Below, in pieces: positions 35,108 through 44,505 of a DNA stretch of 64,000 bases (position 1 is the first letter of the stretch; each line of letters opens with the position of its first letter). A program made the position numbers and the translations under genes. The notes under the pieces are model-generated. The model did not search any database and had not been told where the DNA came from. It saw only the letters and a program-made list of their open reading frames with translations. The stretch comes from Chloroflexota bacterium (GTDB taxonomy: Bacteria; Chloroflexota; Dehalococcoidia; Lucifugimonadales; UBA3495), in assembly GCA_028874075.1 (NCBI GenBank), contig JAPPLU010000087.1, positions 6,738 to 70,737 of the forward strand, given 5' to 3'.

Positions 35108-38100
35108 TTAGTCGGCAGTGGTGGCAGCCAGTTCGGCAGCCTGCCGGCGCTGTTCCAGAACCCGGCGGTAGTCCCTGGGCATTACCTTTTTGAACTTGGC
35201 TACGGAACCATCCCAATCGGCAAGAATATTCCGGGCCGGAACGCTGCCGGTGTATTCCAGGTGGTCTTCGATCAGCTTGCGGAGCAACGCGATGTCCTCG
35301 GGGTCGGCCAGGTTTTCCAGGTCGGCAAGGCCATCGTTGAAGCGGATGGAGAAATCGTCGTTAGGGTCGTATACAAAGGCGATGCCTCCGCTCATGCCCG
35401 CGGCGAAGTTACGGCCGGTGGGGCCAAGGATTACGGCCACGCCACCGGTCATGTACTCGCAGCCGTGGTCGCCGATGCCCTCTATGACGGCCTGGACTCC
35501 ACTGTTGCGGACGCAGAAGCGCTCACCACCCATACCGCGGATGAAGGCCTGGCCGCCGGTGGCGCCGTAAAGGGCCACATTGCCGATGATGATGTTCTCC
35601 TCGGCAACGAAATCGGAACCGGCGGGCGGCACCACCACAATCCTGCCGCCGTTCATACCCTTGCCCATGTAGTCGTTGGTGTCACCGGACAGGCGGATGT
35701 CCACGCCCTTAGCCAGGAAAGCGCCGAAGCTTTGGCCAGCGGAACCGTCCAGGCTAATCCGTATCGTTCCCGGGGGCAGTCCCTCTTCACCGTATTTCAT
35801 GGCAACCTTGCCGCTGAGCATCGCGCCAACGGTTCGGTTGGAGTTACGGATGGGCAGGTCAATCTCTACCGGTTGACCGTGTTGGATGGCGGGGGCAGCC
35901 CGATCAATTAGCTGGTGGTCCAGGGCCAACTCCAGCCCGTGATCCTGTTCATCGCACTGGTAGATCGTGACCTCGTCGCAACGGGGGTGGCGGTACAGCA
36001 GCTTGTCGAAGTCCAGGTCGCGGGCCTTCCACTGATCTACGTCCGTGTTGGCTTCCAGCATTTCCACACGACCGATCATTTCCTGAACGGTGCGGAAACC
36101 AAGTTGGGCCATGATCTCCCGCAACTCCTCGGCCACGAAAAAGAAGTAGTTGATGACGTATTCGGGCTTGCCGGCGAAGCGAGCCCGCAGTTCCGGGTCC
36201 TGGGTGGCAATACCCACGGAGCAGGTGTTCAGGTGGCACTTGCGCAGCATAATGCAGCCGCTGACAATCAGGGGAGCGGTGGCGAAGCCGATTTCGTCGG
36301 CGCCCAACAGGAAGGCAATGGCAGCATCGCGACCAGTTTTGAGTTGGCCGTCGGTCTGCACCACGATGCGGCTCCGCAGGTCGTTGGCGACCAAGACCTG
36401 CTGGGTCTCAGCCAGGCCCAACTCCCAGGGCAGGCCGGCGTGCTTGATGGAAGACTCGGGGGATGCCCCAGTGCCGCCGTCGTGCCCGCTGATGAGCACC
36501 ACGTCGCCGTGGCCCTTGGAAACACCGGCGGCGATGGTGCCAACGCCTACCTCGGCCACCAGCTTGACGTGGATGCGGGACTCCGGGTTGATGTTCTTCA
36601 GGTCGTGAATCAGCTGGGCCAGGTCTTCAATAGAGTAGATGTCGTGATGGGGCGGCGGCGAAATCAGCTCTACGCCGGGGGTGGTGTGCCGAACCCAGCC
36701 AATAGTGTCATCCACCTTGTGGCCGGGAAGCTGGCCGCCCTCGCCTGGCTTGGAGCCCTGAGCCATCTTGATCTGCAGGTCGGTGGCGTTGACCAGGTAA
36801 TTGGGAGTAACGCCGAACCGGCCCGACGCCACCTGCTTGATGGCGCTGTTGCGAGAATCGCCGTTTTCGTCGGGGGTGTAGCGGTGGAAGTCCTCGCCGC
36901 CCTCGCCGGTATTGCTGCGGGCGCCGATGCGGTTCATGGCGATGGCCATGGTCTCGTGGGCTTCCTTGCTGATGGAACCGAAGGAAGCGGCGCCGGTGGC
37001 AAACCGCTTAACAATATCCTTCGCCGGCTCAACCTCGTCCAAAGGCACCGGCTCGCGGTCGGAATTGAAGTCCAGCAGGCCCCGCAGGGTGGCAAGCTGG
37101 CGGCTCTGGTCGTTGACTGCCTGGCTGAACTCCTGGTACGACTTCCAGCTATTGGCGCGAGTGGCGTACTGGAGCTTGGCGATGGTGTCCGGGTTCCACT
37201 GGTGGACTTCGCCGTGGCGGCGCCACTGGTACGTCCCGCCGGGATCCAGGTCCAGGGTGGCGTCAACTTCGTGAACGGGGAAGGCGAAGCGGTGCCGCTG
37301 CAGCTGCTCTTCCTCCACCACGTCCAGGCCGATGCCCTCCACACGGGACGGGGTCCACGTGAAGTACTGGTCGATGAAGTCCTGGTTCAGGCCGACGGCC
37401 TCGAATATCTGGGCGCCCTGGTAGCTCTGCGCGGTGGAAATGCCCATCTTGGACATTACCTTGAGCAGGCCCTTTTCGTTGGCTTTGATGAAGTTCTTGA
37501 CGGCGTAGTCGGGCTTGGTGCCGTTCAGTTCACCCCGGTCGGCCAGGTCCTGGACCGTAGCCAAGGCCAGGTAGGGGTTGACGGCGCTGGCGCCGTAGCC
37601 CAGCAGCAGGCAGAAGTGGTGTACCTCGCGGGGTTCGCCAGTTTCCATGACCAGCCCCACCCTGGTGCGGGTGCCCTCCCGAATCAGGTGGTGGTGGACG
37701 GCCGCGGTCGCCAGCAGGCTGGGAATGGGAGCCTGGTCGCCGGTTACACCCCGGTCGGACAAAACGATGATGCTATAACCGTCGTTGATGGCCTTGGATG
37801 CTTCTCCACAAAGGCGGTCAAGAGCTTCCTTCAGCGCGCCTTCGCCTTGGGAACTGAACAGGGTGGACAGGGTAATGGATCGTATGTCGTTCAGGTCCAA
37901 GCCCTGAATCTTGGCCAGTTCCTCGTCTGTGATAATAGGGGACTTGATCTTTACCTGGCGGCAGTGGAGTGGGGTCTCTTCGAAGAGATTCCGCTCACTT
38001 CCGATGAAGCCCTCCACTGAAGTGACCAGTTCTTCGCGGATTGCGTCCAGGGGAGGGTTGGTAACCTGGGCGAACAACTGTTTGAAGTAGTTGAACAGCA

Positions 38101-39658
38101 ACTGGCTCTTTTCGGACAGGACTGCCAGGGGGGCGTCGTTGCCCATGGAACCCACCGCCTCGTATGCCGAGGTGGCCATGGGGGTGGTGAGCATCCGCAG
38201 TTCCTCGATGGTGTAACCGAAGGCCCGCTGCTGCTTTACCAACTCCTGGCCCCTGAAGACTTCAGGGGTCGCAGGATCGGGCAGGTCGTCCAGTGAGACC
38301 TTGTTTTCCTTGAGCCATTTTCCATAGGGCTGCCGACGGGAAAGGGTCTGCTTCAGTTCCTCGTCGCGGATGATTCGGCCCTGCTCCAGGCTGACCAGGA
38401 ACATGCGGCCAGGCTGCAGGCGGCCCCGCTGCAGGATGTTCTCCGGGGCAATATCCAGGACACCCGTTTCCGACGCCATTACCAGCTTGTCGTCCTTGGT
38501 TACGGTGTAGCGGAAGGGCCGCAGGCCGTTGCGGTCCAGGACGGCGCAGATGTCCTTGCCGTTGGCGGCCACGATCATGGCGGGCCCGTCCCACGGCTCC
38601 ATCAGACAGGAGTGGAATTCGTAAAAGTCCTTCTTCTCCTGGGTCATGGTCTCGTGCTGTTCCCAAGCCTCGGGAATCATCATCAACATCGAGTGGTCCA
38701 GGCTGCGCCCGGTCATCTGCAGCAGTTCCAAGGCGTTGTCGAAACCGGCGGTATCGCTGGCGCCGGGAGTCATTATGGGCGGAATCTTCTTGATGTCATC
38801 GCCGAACAGGGGCGACTCAAACTGAGCCTCCCGAGCGTGCATCCAGTTGCTGTTGCCCCGCAGTGTGTTAATTTCGCCGTTGTGGGCCAGATAGCGGTAG
38901 GGGTGGGCCAACTTCCAATGGCCCAGGGTGTTGGTGCTGAAGCGGGAGTGGACCAGAGCAAAGGCGCTGACCAGGGCTTCATCGTTCAGGTCCAGGTAGA
39001 AACCGGCCACCTGGTGGGCCATAAGCAGGCCCTTGTAGACCAGGGTGCTGTTGGTCAGGCTGCAGATATAAAAGTAGTCGGCGTCGTCTACGCTGATGCC
39101 GATGTCCGAAAGGCCGTTCTCGATTACCTTGCGCAGGGTGTAGAGCTTGCGCTGCAACTGGGCGGGGTCAAGCTGTTCCGCACCGCAACCAACGAAGAAC
39201 TGGCGGATGACGGGCTGGACGGCCCGGGCATCGCGGCCCAGCTTGTCAGGGTCAACTGGAACGTCGCGCCAGCCCAGCAAAGTCAGGCCCTCGGCGGCGA
39301 TGGAGTTGTCAATCAGGCCTTCGCAGGCGGCCTTGGCGGCAGGACTGGGGGGCAGAAAAGTCATCCCGACACCATAGGAACCCAAGTCCGGCAGGTCGAT
39401 GCCCAGGAAGGGGCAGACCTTGCGGAAAAAGGCGTCTGGCATCTGCAGCAACATGCCCGCGCCGTCGCCGGTTTCGGGGTCACAGCCACAGGCGCCTCGG
39501 TGACCAAGATTCACCAGGACCTGCAGGGACTCAGTGATGATCTCATGGGACTGGCCGCCCTTGATGTTGGCGACCACGCCTACGCCACAGCTGTCGTGTT
39601 CGTGGTGGGGAGAATACAGGCCGTTCTGGGCCAGTTCCCTTAAAGAATTCATTGACAC
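35108..39658 (-). CDS. gltB: Glutamate synthase large subunit
   Basis: 1516-aa ORF. HDSCGVG amidotransferase N-terminus, an FMN/3Fe-4S central domain and a GXGXG C-domain. Confidence 0.97.
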   Translation of the reverse strand: MSMNSLRELAQNGLYSPHHEHDSCGVGVVANIKGGQSHEIITESLQVLVNLGHRGACGCDPETGDGAGMLLQMPDAFFRKVCPFLGIDLPDLGSYGVGMTFLPPSPAAKAACEGLIDNSIAAEGLTLLGWRDVPVDPDKLGRDARAVQPVIRQFFVGCGAEQLDPAQLQRKLYTLRKVIENGLSDIGISVDDADYFYICSLTNSTLVYKGLLMAHQVAGFYLDLNDEALVSAFALVHSRFSTNTLGHWKLAHPYRYLAHNGEINTLRGNSNWMHAREAQFESPLFGDDIKKIPPIMTPGASDTAGFDNALELLQMTGRSLDHSMLMMIPEAWEQHETMTQEKKDFYEFHSCLMEPWDGPAMIVAANGKDICAVLDRNGLRPFRYTVTKDDKLVMASETGVLDIAPENILQRGRLQPGRMFLVSLEQGRIIRDEELKQTLSRRQPYGKWLKENKVSLDDLPDPATPEVFRGQELVKQQRAFGYTIEELRMLTTPMATSAYEAVGSMGNDAPLAVLSEKSQLLFNYFKQLFAQVTNPPLDAIREELVTSVEGFIGSERNLFEETPLHCRQVKIKSPIITDEELAKIQGLDLNDIRSITLSTLFSSQGEGALKEALDRLCGEASKAINDGYSIIVLSDRGVTGDQAPIPSLLATAAVHHHLIREGTRTRVGLVMETGEPREVHHFCLLLGYGASAVNPYLALATVQDLADRGELNGTKPDYAVKNFIKANEKGLLKVMSKMGISTAQSYQGAQIFEAVGLNQDFIDQYFTWTPSRVEGIGLDVVEEEQLQRHRFAFPVHEVDATLDLDPGGTYQWRRHGEVHQWNPDTIAKLQYATRANSWKSYQEFSQAVNDQSRQLATLRGLLDFNSDREPVPLDEVEPAKDIVKRFATGAASFGSISKEAHETMAIAMNRIGARSNTGEGGEDFHRYTPDENGDSRNSAIKQVASGRFGVTPNYLVNATDLQIKMAQGSKPGEGGQLPGHKVDDTIGWVRHTTPGVELISPPPHHDIYSIEDLAQLIHDLKNINPESRIHVKLVAEVGVGTIAAGVSKGHGDVVLISGHDGGTGASPESSIKHAGLPWELGLAETQQVLVANDLRSRIVVQTDGQLKTGRDAAIAFLLGADEIGFATAPLIVSGCIMLRKCHLNTCSVGIATQDPELRARFAGKPEYVINYFFFVAEELREIMAQLGFRTVQEMIGRVEMLEANTDVDQWKARDLDFDKLLYRHPRCDEVTIYQCDEQDHGLELALDHQLIDRAAPAIQHGQPVEIDLPIRNSNRTVGAMLSGKVAMKYGEEGLPPGTIRISLDGSAGQSFGAFLAKGVDIRLSGDTNDYMGKGMNGGRIVVVPPAGSDFVAEENIIIGNVALYGATGGQAFIRGMGGERFCVRNSGVQAVIEGIGDHGCEYMTGGVAVILGPTGRNFAAGMSGGIAFVYDPNDDFSIRFNDGLADLENLADPEDIALLRKLIEDHLEYTGSVPARNILADWDGSVAKFKKVMPRDYRRVLEQRRQAAELAATTAD

Positions 39659-40055
39659 AGCCCCCGCTCCAGGGTCACAAAGGTGTCAGCCAAGGCTTTG
39701 GAGCCGGAAAAATTCGCAAAATCTGCGGAAAAAAGTATTGACAATTCAATTACCGGGCCCAGGCCCGGCGATTTGTTAAATATATCACAATACGTCATTG
39801 ATGGAAATACGCATTATACACACCGGGGTATTCGGCGAATACCCCTGGCAGTAGAAGCTGGGTAAAGGTTGTACCGAAGCGCCTAACAGAGTCTCATGGA
39901 TGCCGGACAAGCGCCTTCTGGCTATGGTTTAACTTGCCTGGTCTTACAGTTGAAAACAGGGTATAAGCACAGATTTCTACGACTGCTCCAGGTTGCACAT
40001 CGCCGGTCCTGGGTCGCTACAGAAGGAAACGAGTCTTTTGGAAGAGAGCTGGAAA

Positions 40056-40064
40056 TGGTATAAT
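40056..40064 (+). promoter_or_regulatory. Extended -10 promoter (TGgTATAAT) for ssrA
   Basis: Consensus TGnTATAAT ends 12 nt before the mature tmRNA 5' end. Confidence 0.5.
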
Positions 40065-40076
40065 AGAGGTTCCAGT

Positions 40077-40430
40077 GGGGACGCGCGGGTTCGACAGGAG
40101 CGTCCTGGGGCAGATTGCAAGCCGAGGCGCCACCGCCCTCGTTAATCAGGTGGCACACAAATAACTGGCGAACGTGAATTCGCTCTAGCCGCCTAAGCGC
40201 GGCTACGTCCGTACCCTGCTACTCCCGGATGCGGGGCTACGGGCGCCATTAGGCCGGGATGCGGTTGCCCTGAAGCCGATAGGGGTTGCTCAAGATTAAT
40301 CGGCTGGCCTGACGGATATTAGGCCGGCGGAAGCTCCGACAGGCGAGAACTAGAGCGCCGGACAAGCTTGTAGTAGATCTAGTCTAGGGGCCTTTTGGAC
40401 GGGGAGTTCGACTCTCCCCCGTCTCCACCA
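40077..40430 (+). ncRNA. ssrA: tmRNA (transfer-messenger RNA)
   Basis: 5' GGGGACGCGCGGGTTCGACAGG and 3' GGACGGGGAGTTCGACTCTCCCCCGTCTCCACCA form the tRNA-like ends. The tag reading frame at 40167-40196 encodes GEREFALAA followed by a stop. Confidence 0.93.
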
Positions 40431-40712
40431 ATTCCCTCCAATGCTATGCGCGGCTTTCCTACCTCCACTTCAACGCCGGAGCATCCTGCTTTGGCTGTTG
40501 GGTTACGACGTTCTTCATCCTTTGTTCTCGTATACCCCATCCGGTTCGAGCATCGAAAGTAGCCTCGTATGGGGGTAGCACCGCCTGTTCCAGCCATAGG
40601 TTTGTCTGCGGAGCTTCCCGTATATGCTGCGCCAGTACTGCCCTGGCACGCAATCCAGCATGGGAAAGAAACAGGCAAGCTTGCAGCCCACTGGCGAAAG
40701 ACCGGAGACTAA

Positions 40713-41351
40713 ATGACTCGCAACCTGGACTTTTGCGCCATTGATGTGGAGACGGCCAACTATTGGGTTGCCAGCATTTGCAAGATTGGCGTGGCGCGGG
40801 TTACGGAAGGTCGGGTGGATAAACAATATTCCACCCTGGTGGACCCGGAAGAGGGGTTCAATTCCTTCAACGTCAGGCTCCATGGCATCGGACCCGGGTC
40901 CGTGAGCGGGGCGCCCTCCTTTGACGAAGTATTCGGTGAGCTGTTCGACCTGCTGGATGGCAAGGTGCTGGTGAGCCACACCTTCTTTGACCGCAACGCT
41001 ATGAATGGAGCGGCCCAGAGGTATGGCTTGCCCATCTTGCCCGTTACCTGGCTGGACAGCGTGGCCATTGCCCGCCGGGCCTGGCCGGAGAGGAGGGGAA
41101 ACCGGGGGTATCGGCTGGCCGCCCTGGCTGCCGACCTGGGCATTTCCTTTCGCCACCACGACGCTCTGGAGGACGCCCGGGCTGCGGCAGGGGTGGTACT
41201 TTACGCTTGCCTGGAAACGGGCATGGATATCGACGACTGGGTGCGGGAGTTCGACCGCAGCCGGGCTCGCCGGTCCCGTCCCGGGGAGAAGGATGTACGG
41301 AAAGCCAGCCAGTCAAGCACCAGTCGGCCGGGGCAGGTCGCCGCTGATTGA
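40713..41351 (+). CDS. DEDD 3'-5' exonuclease (DnaQ/epsilon-like)
   Basis: 212-aa ORF. Motifs: FCAIDVETAN (Exo I), LVSHTFFDRNAM (Exo II) and HHDALEDARA (Exo III, DEDDh). Confidence 0.85.
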   Translation: MTRNLDFCAIDVETANYWVASICKIGVARVTEGRVDKQYSTLVDPEEGFNSFNVRLHGIGPGSVSGAPSFDEVFGELFDLLDGKVLVSHTFFDRNAMNGAAQRYGLPILPVTWLDSVAIARRAWPERRGNRGYRLAALAADLGISFRHHDALEDARAAAGVVLYACLETGMDIDDWVREFDRSRARRSRPGEKDVRKASQSSTSRPGQVAAD

Positions 41352-41533
41352 GACCAGGTCATCCTATCCATAGAAGACCTACCGCAACTGTCCGCCTCCC
41401 AAGTTTTCCAGTCGTTTTTTGTCCTGCTTTCCGCAGAGCTTCGTAGGAGCGGCGGAGGGAAGGTTGGCGGCCAACAATCAGACGGTCTTTGACCTGATGC
41501 TCCGTGACTTCAGGTGCAGGGCCACGGCTCGGG

Positions 41534-42583
41534 TCAGCCGGCGGCCAGGGCGGGCAAGATGTGGTTGGAGAAGGCCTGAACTTCCGCTTGGGGCGGCGCA
41601 AAGGTAAGGCAGGGCATGAGATAAAGCTGGTTGACGCCGTGTCGCTCCATTTCCCTAATGCGCTGCGTACAGTATTCCGGGGTGCCGATTAGCCCCAGGG
41701 CGTCGCATAGCTGCCCGTTGACTTCGTCGCTGACGAAGCCCGTCATGTCGATGGCTTCCTCCCAGTTGGGTGCGTGCCCCAGGTCGGGATAAATGTCGTA
41801 CACGGCCTGGGGTATCTTGTATTCGGGTATGTCATAGCCGGAATAGGGGAGCCAGTTGGGACCGCCCCACATGAGACCCCAGTGAACGGACACGGGCCGA
41901 GCCAGACGTCGGGCCTCGTCCACCGAGTCTGCGATGCAGGTCCTGACCGCAAACATAATGTCCAGGTCATCCAGGGTACGGCCGCTGCGCCGGGCGCCGA
42001 TTTCCAAATGCTCCAGGGCCTTTCCCACTATGCCGGGGGTGTAGCCCACCAGGGCAAGAGCGCCGTCGGCCACCTCGCCGGCCAGTTGGAGCGAGCGGGG
42101 TCCCGAGGCCGCCATTAGCACCGGCACACCGGCGCCGCCATCGCTGCCGGCGAAGTCCAGCCGATTCGTCATTCCGTCATATTCCACGCTTTCCCCGGCC
42201 AGCAAGGCCTTAACCTCAGTGATGCAGCGGCGCATCTGACGCAGGGTGGCGGGACGGCGGCCGATGGTACTGGCGGAAGTGTATCCGGTGCCGATAATTA
42301 TGCGGGTGCGGCCAGGGGCTATTTCCGCTACCGTTTGCGCTGCGCCAGCCAGCACCGGGGCAATGCGGCCAAAGGGGTTGGTAACCGCGGGGAAGAGGCG
42401 CAGGGTACTGGTGGCGCTGGCGGCCAGGCCCAGGGTCACAAAGGTGTCCCGGCATATCATCTGGCTGTCCAGGATTCCGGCGCCGTCAAAACCGGCAGCC
42501 TCGATCTGCCGGATCATATCCAGCAACTCGGGCATGGGCGAAGTTCCGGGTACGCGCATGGAGATTTTGATGGGCTGGGCCAT
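41534..42583 (-). CDS. LLM class (probably F420-dependent) oxidoreductase
   Basis: ATG at 42583 with GGAGG upstream (MAQPIKISMRVPG...). The track ORF extends to 42970 across a non-coding repeat, and that extension is rejected. Confidence 0.88.
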   Translation of the reverse strand: MAQPIKISMRVPGTSPMPELLDMIRQIEAAGFDGAGILDSQMICRDTFVTLGLAASATSTLRLFPAVTNPFGRIAPVLAGAAQTVAEIAPGRTRIIIGTGYTSASTIGRRPATLRQMRRCITEVKALLAGESVEYDGMTNRLDFAGSDGGAGVPVLMAASGPRSLQLAGEVADGALALVGYTPGIVGKALEHLEIGARRSGRTLDDLDIMFAVRTCIADSVDEARRLARPVSVHWGLMWGGPNWLPYSGYDIPEYKIPQAVYDIYPDLGHAPNWEEAIDMTGFVSDEVNGQLCDALGLIGTPEYCTQRIREMERHGVNQLYLMPCLTFAPPQAEVQAFSNHILPALAAG

Positions 42584-42803
42584 GGCGGATACCTCCGGTG
42601 GTGGGCTGACTTGATCAAGTTGACGCGGGAAAGTATACCAGCGCGGGGCAGCAGGCAGGACCGCAGCAACAAAGCTCCGATTCAGGCAGTCTGTGGTAAG
42701 GGCCCCGCGGATGCCCGCTTTTTCCCTTTTGCGGCAACTGCCAGATGCCGGTGAAATCCGGTATGACGAACGCCCTGACCAGCCAACCGGGGATTGCGCC
42801 ACG

Positions 42804-43125
42804 GCCTTCGAGCGTTCCCGAAGTAGGAATTTTTTGCTTTCTAGCGCCATTTTGGGCCGTTTCGTATCTGGCAGCAGGGCCATGACGGCGCCGGATGGCA
42901 CTCCGGTGGGCCCCCGGGGGCCGTTTTCCAGATAGGGAATCGCCCCGGGAAATGGCCCACGCCGGGCCATTTTGGGCCATTACGTACCACGGTCGGCAAG
43001 AGACAGAACTGAACCTGACTATAGCCCTGCTCCTCATTGCCAACTGTGGGTGAATCGGGACGACAATGAGATCATGAAATTATGGTAGAAGAGGGCTTTC
43101 CTTGATGACAATGGACAAATGTCAG
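42804..43125. repeat. Copy C of the GGGCCRTTYY-array intergenic element
   Basis: Anchors appear in the same order as copy B: ccttcga, ggaatttttt (42826), ccattttgggccgtttcgtatctg, actccggtgg + GC palindrome, ccagatagggaat, gggccattttgggcc, atggtagaag (43082), gggctttcc. Confidence 0.55.
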
Positions 43126-43270
43126 CGGTCTGCCCCGACGAGCGTTCCCGAGCAAACCACCTAATTCGCACTGTCAATGCGGCTTCGCCAGGGATGGCCG
43201 CAAAGGTTACTGACAGTTGCTTATTGTGGAATCCATAGCGCGCCCAATAGACTGGCAGAGGTAACCCATT

Positions 43271-43292
43271 TTGTTACGCTTTTTGTTACGCT
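43271..43292 (+). promoter_or_regulatory. Tandem direct repeat ttgttacgct x2 (12-bp period) just upstream of the nuclease gene
   Basis: ttgttacgct occurs at 43271-43280 and 43283-43292, ending 15 nt before the ATG. Possible operator. Confidence 0.3.
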
Positions 43293-43307
43293 GCTGAGAG
43301 GTCAAAA

Positions 43308-43970
43308 ATGGCGCTCGCCCGCTTAACCGGTCCTTACTTCTGGGTGTCGTGGCTCAGCAAGCTGCTGGTAGGAGAAAGCTCTTGCCAGTGGGGCGTCTGG
43401 TTCCGTGCCCAGCACGAAGGCTCATCCTGGGAGAAGGTACCTTCCGATTTCGACCAGGTCCAGTGGCTGATAAAGCATGGGGAACTGCTGGAGCAGACTC
43501 GCCGCTATTACGAGCGGCAGGGGTACCTGGTGTCGGAAGCATCGCAGAACTCCTTTAATCTCAGGGGCGCTACCGCCACCCTGGCGGGCCGGCCCGACCT
43601 GGTGGTGACCAGGGATGGTGAAGTAGTGGTGGTGGACGTTAAGGTAGGTCAACCCAACGCTTCACATACGGCCCAGGTGATGACCTACATGTACGCACTG
43701 CCCCGGGCGATGCAAAGCATGTTTCATGGAACCAGGATCAGCGGTCAGGTGGTCTACCCGGACGGACCGGTGGACGTTCCCGAGGCTGCGGTGAGCCAGG
43801 AATTTATCGCCGCCCTGGGAGGACTAGTCCGAGGCCTGGCCGTCAGCGAGGCGCCCCGGAAAACGCCCAGCTGGAACGAATGCCGTTTCTGTCCCATAGG
43901 TGCCAGAGACTGCCCGGAGCGGGTAGACATTTGCGATGAACAACCCGTAGGGATTACCGAGGACTTCTGA
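43308..43970 (+). CDS. Cas4/RecB-like PD-(D/E)XK nuclease with 4-Cys cluster
   Basis: 220-aa ORF. Nuclease motifs are GRPDLVV...VVVVDVKVG (D...DxK) and QVMTY (QxxxY). Cys pattern is one N-terminal Cys (ESSCQW) plus CRFCPIGARDC. Confidence 0.7.
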   Translation: MALARLTGPYFWVSWLSKLLVGESSCQWGVWFRAQHEGSSWEKVPSDFDQVQWLIKHGELLEQTRRYYERQGYLVSEASQNSFNLRGATATLAGRPDLVVTRDGEVVVVDVKVGQPNASHTAQVMTYMYALPRAMQSMFHGTRISGQVVYPDGPVDVPEAAVSQEFIAALGGLVRGLAVSEAPRKTPSWNECRFCPIGARDCPERVDICDEQPVGITEDF

Positions 43971-44060
43971 GGGAGTTCAGAAAGACAGGGATTTGCGGTA
44001 TCCTGTTGGCGGTTGCTGCCGCCAACCGTTATATATCCTACATGCTGGCGAGAGACTGAC

Positions 44061-44465
44061 ATGGAGCGAGTAACGATACAGGAAGCATCTTACCGACTGA
44101 ACCTGTCCCAGGCGGAAATCCGCCGCTATATCCGGGAGGGCCGACTACGGGCGAGCCGGGAAGGCGGCCCCCAGGGGCGTACCTGGCTGGTGGAACTGCC
44201 CGAGGAGGGCTGGCTGGACGACGATAAGGCGCGCTACCACGAAATGGCCCAGGGAATGCCCGTATGGTGGTGGCCAACGGAGGCAAAGACGGGGCTGGCC
44301 CACTACATTCTCGATGTGGGCATAGAGGAAACTGTGCCAGTTTACCTCTGCGGGCTGGAAAGCGAAAATCTGTGGGCCGTTACGGGCCTGAAGACAGAAA
44401 ACTGCTGCCCCACCTGCCTGGGAATTGCCCACGAGCGGGGCCTTCCGCTGGCCCTGGACCAATAG
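44061..44465 (+). CDS. Excisionase/MerR-type HTH domain protein with a Cys-containing C-terminal domain
   Basis: Motif: MERVTIQEASYRLNLSQAEIRRYIREGRLRA (HTH_17-like). The C-terminus has LCGL...CCPTC. Confidence 0.6.
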   Translation: MERVTIQEASYRLNLSQAEIRRYIREGRLRASREGGPQGRTWLVELPEEGWLDDDKARYHEMAQGMPVWWWPTEAKTGLAHYILDVGIEETVPVYLCGLESENLWAVTGLKTENCCPTCLGIAHERGLPLALDQ

Positions 44466-44505
44466 ACAAAAATGGACCCAAGGGAAATTCTTGACCGGAG
44501 GCACA

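Noticed and set aside
35915-38020. 701-aa ORF antisense to gltB (also 38612-39643 and 35261-35911)
   Set aside because: Same reasoning. gltB is continuous and strongly conserved on the minus strand.
40500-40570. tRNA-like fragment (ccggttcgagcatcgaa) just downstream of ssrA
   Set aside because: No acceptor, D or anticodon arms can be drawn, and the T-loop consensus (GGTTCGAATCC) is not matched. It is probably just a hairpin.
40515-41159. 214-aa minus-strand ORF opposite the DnaQ-like exonuclease
   Set aside because: The plus-strand gene carries clear Exo I/II/III motifs. The minus-strand ORF is a compositional artefact.
42584-42970. 130-codon N-terminal extension of the LLM oxidoreductase ORF (the track gives 41534-42970)
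   Set aside because: The extension runs through repeat copy C and has junk-like composition. The internal ATG at 42583 has a GGAGG SD and begins the conserved LLM N-terminus.
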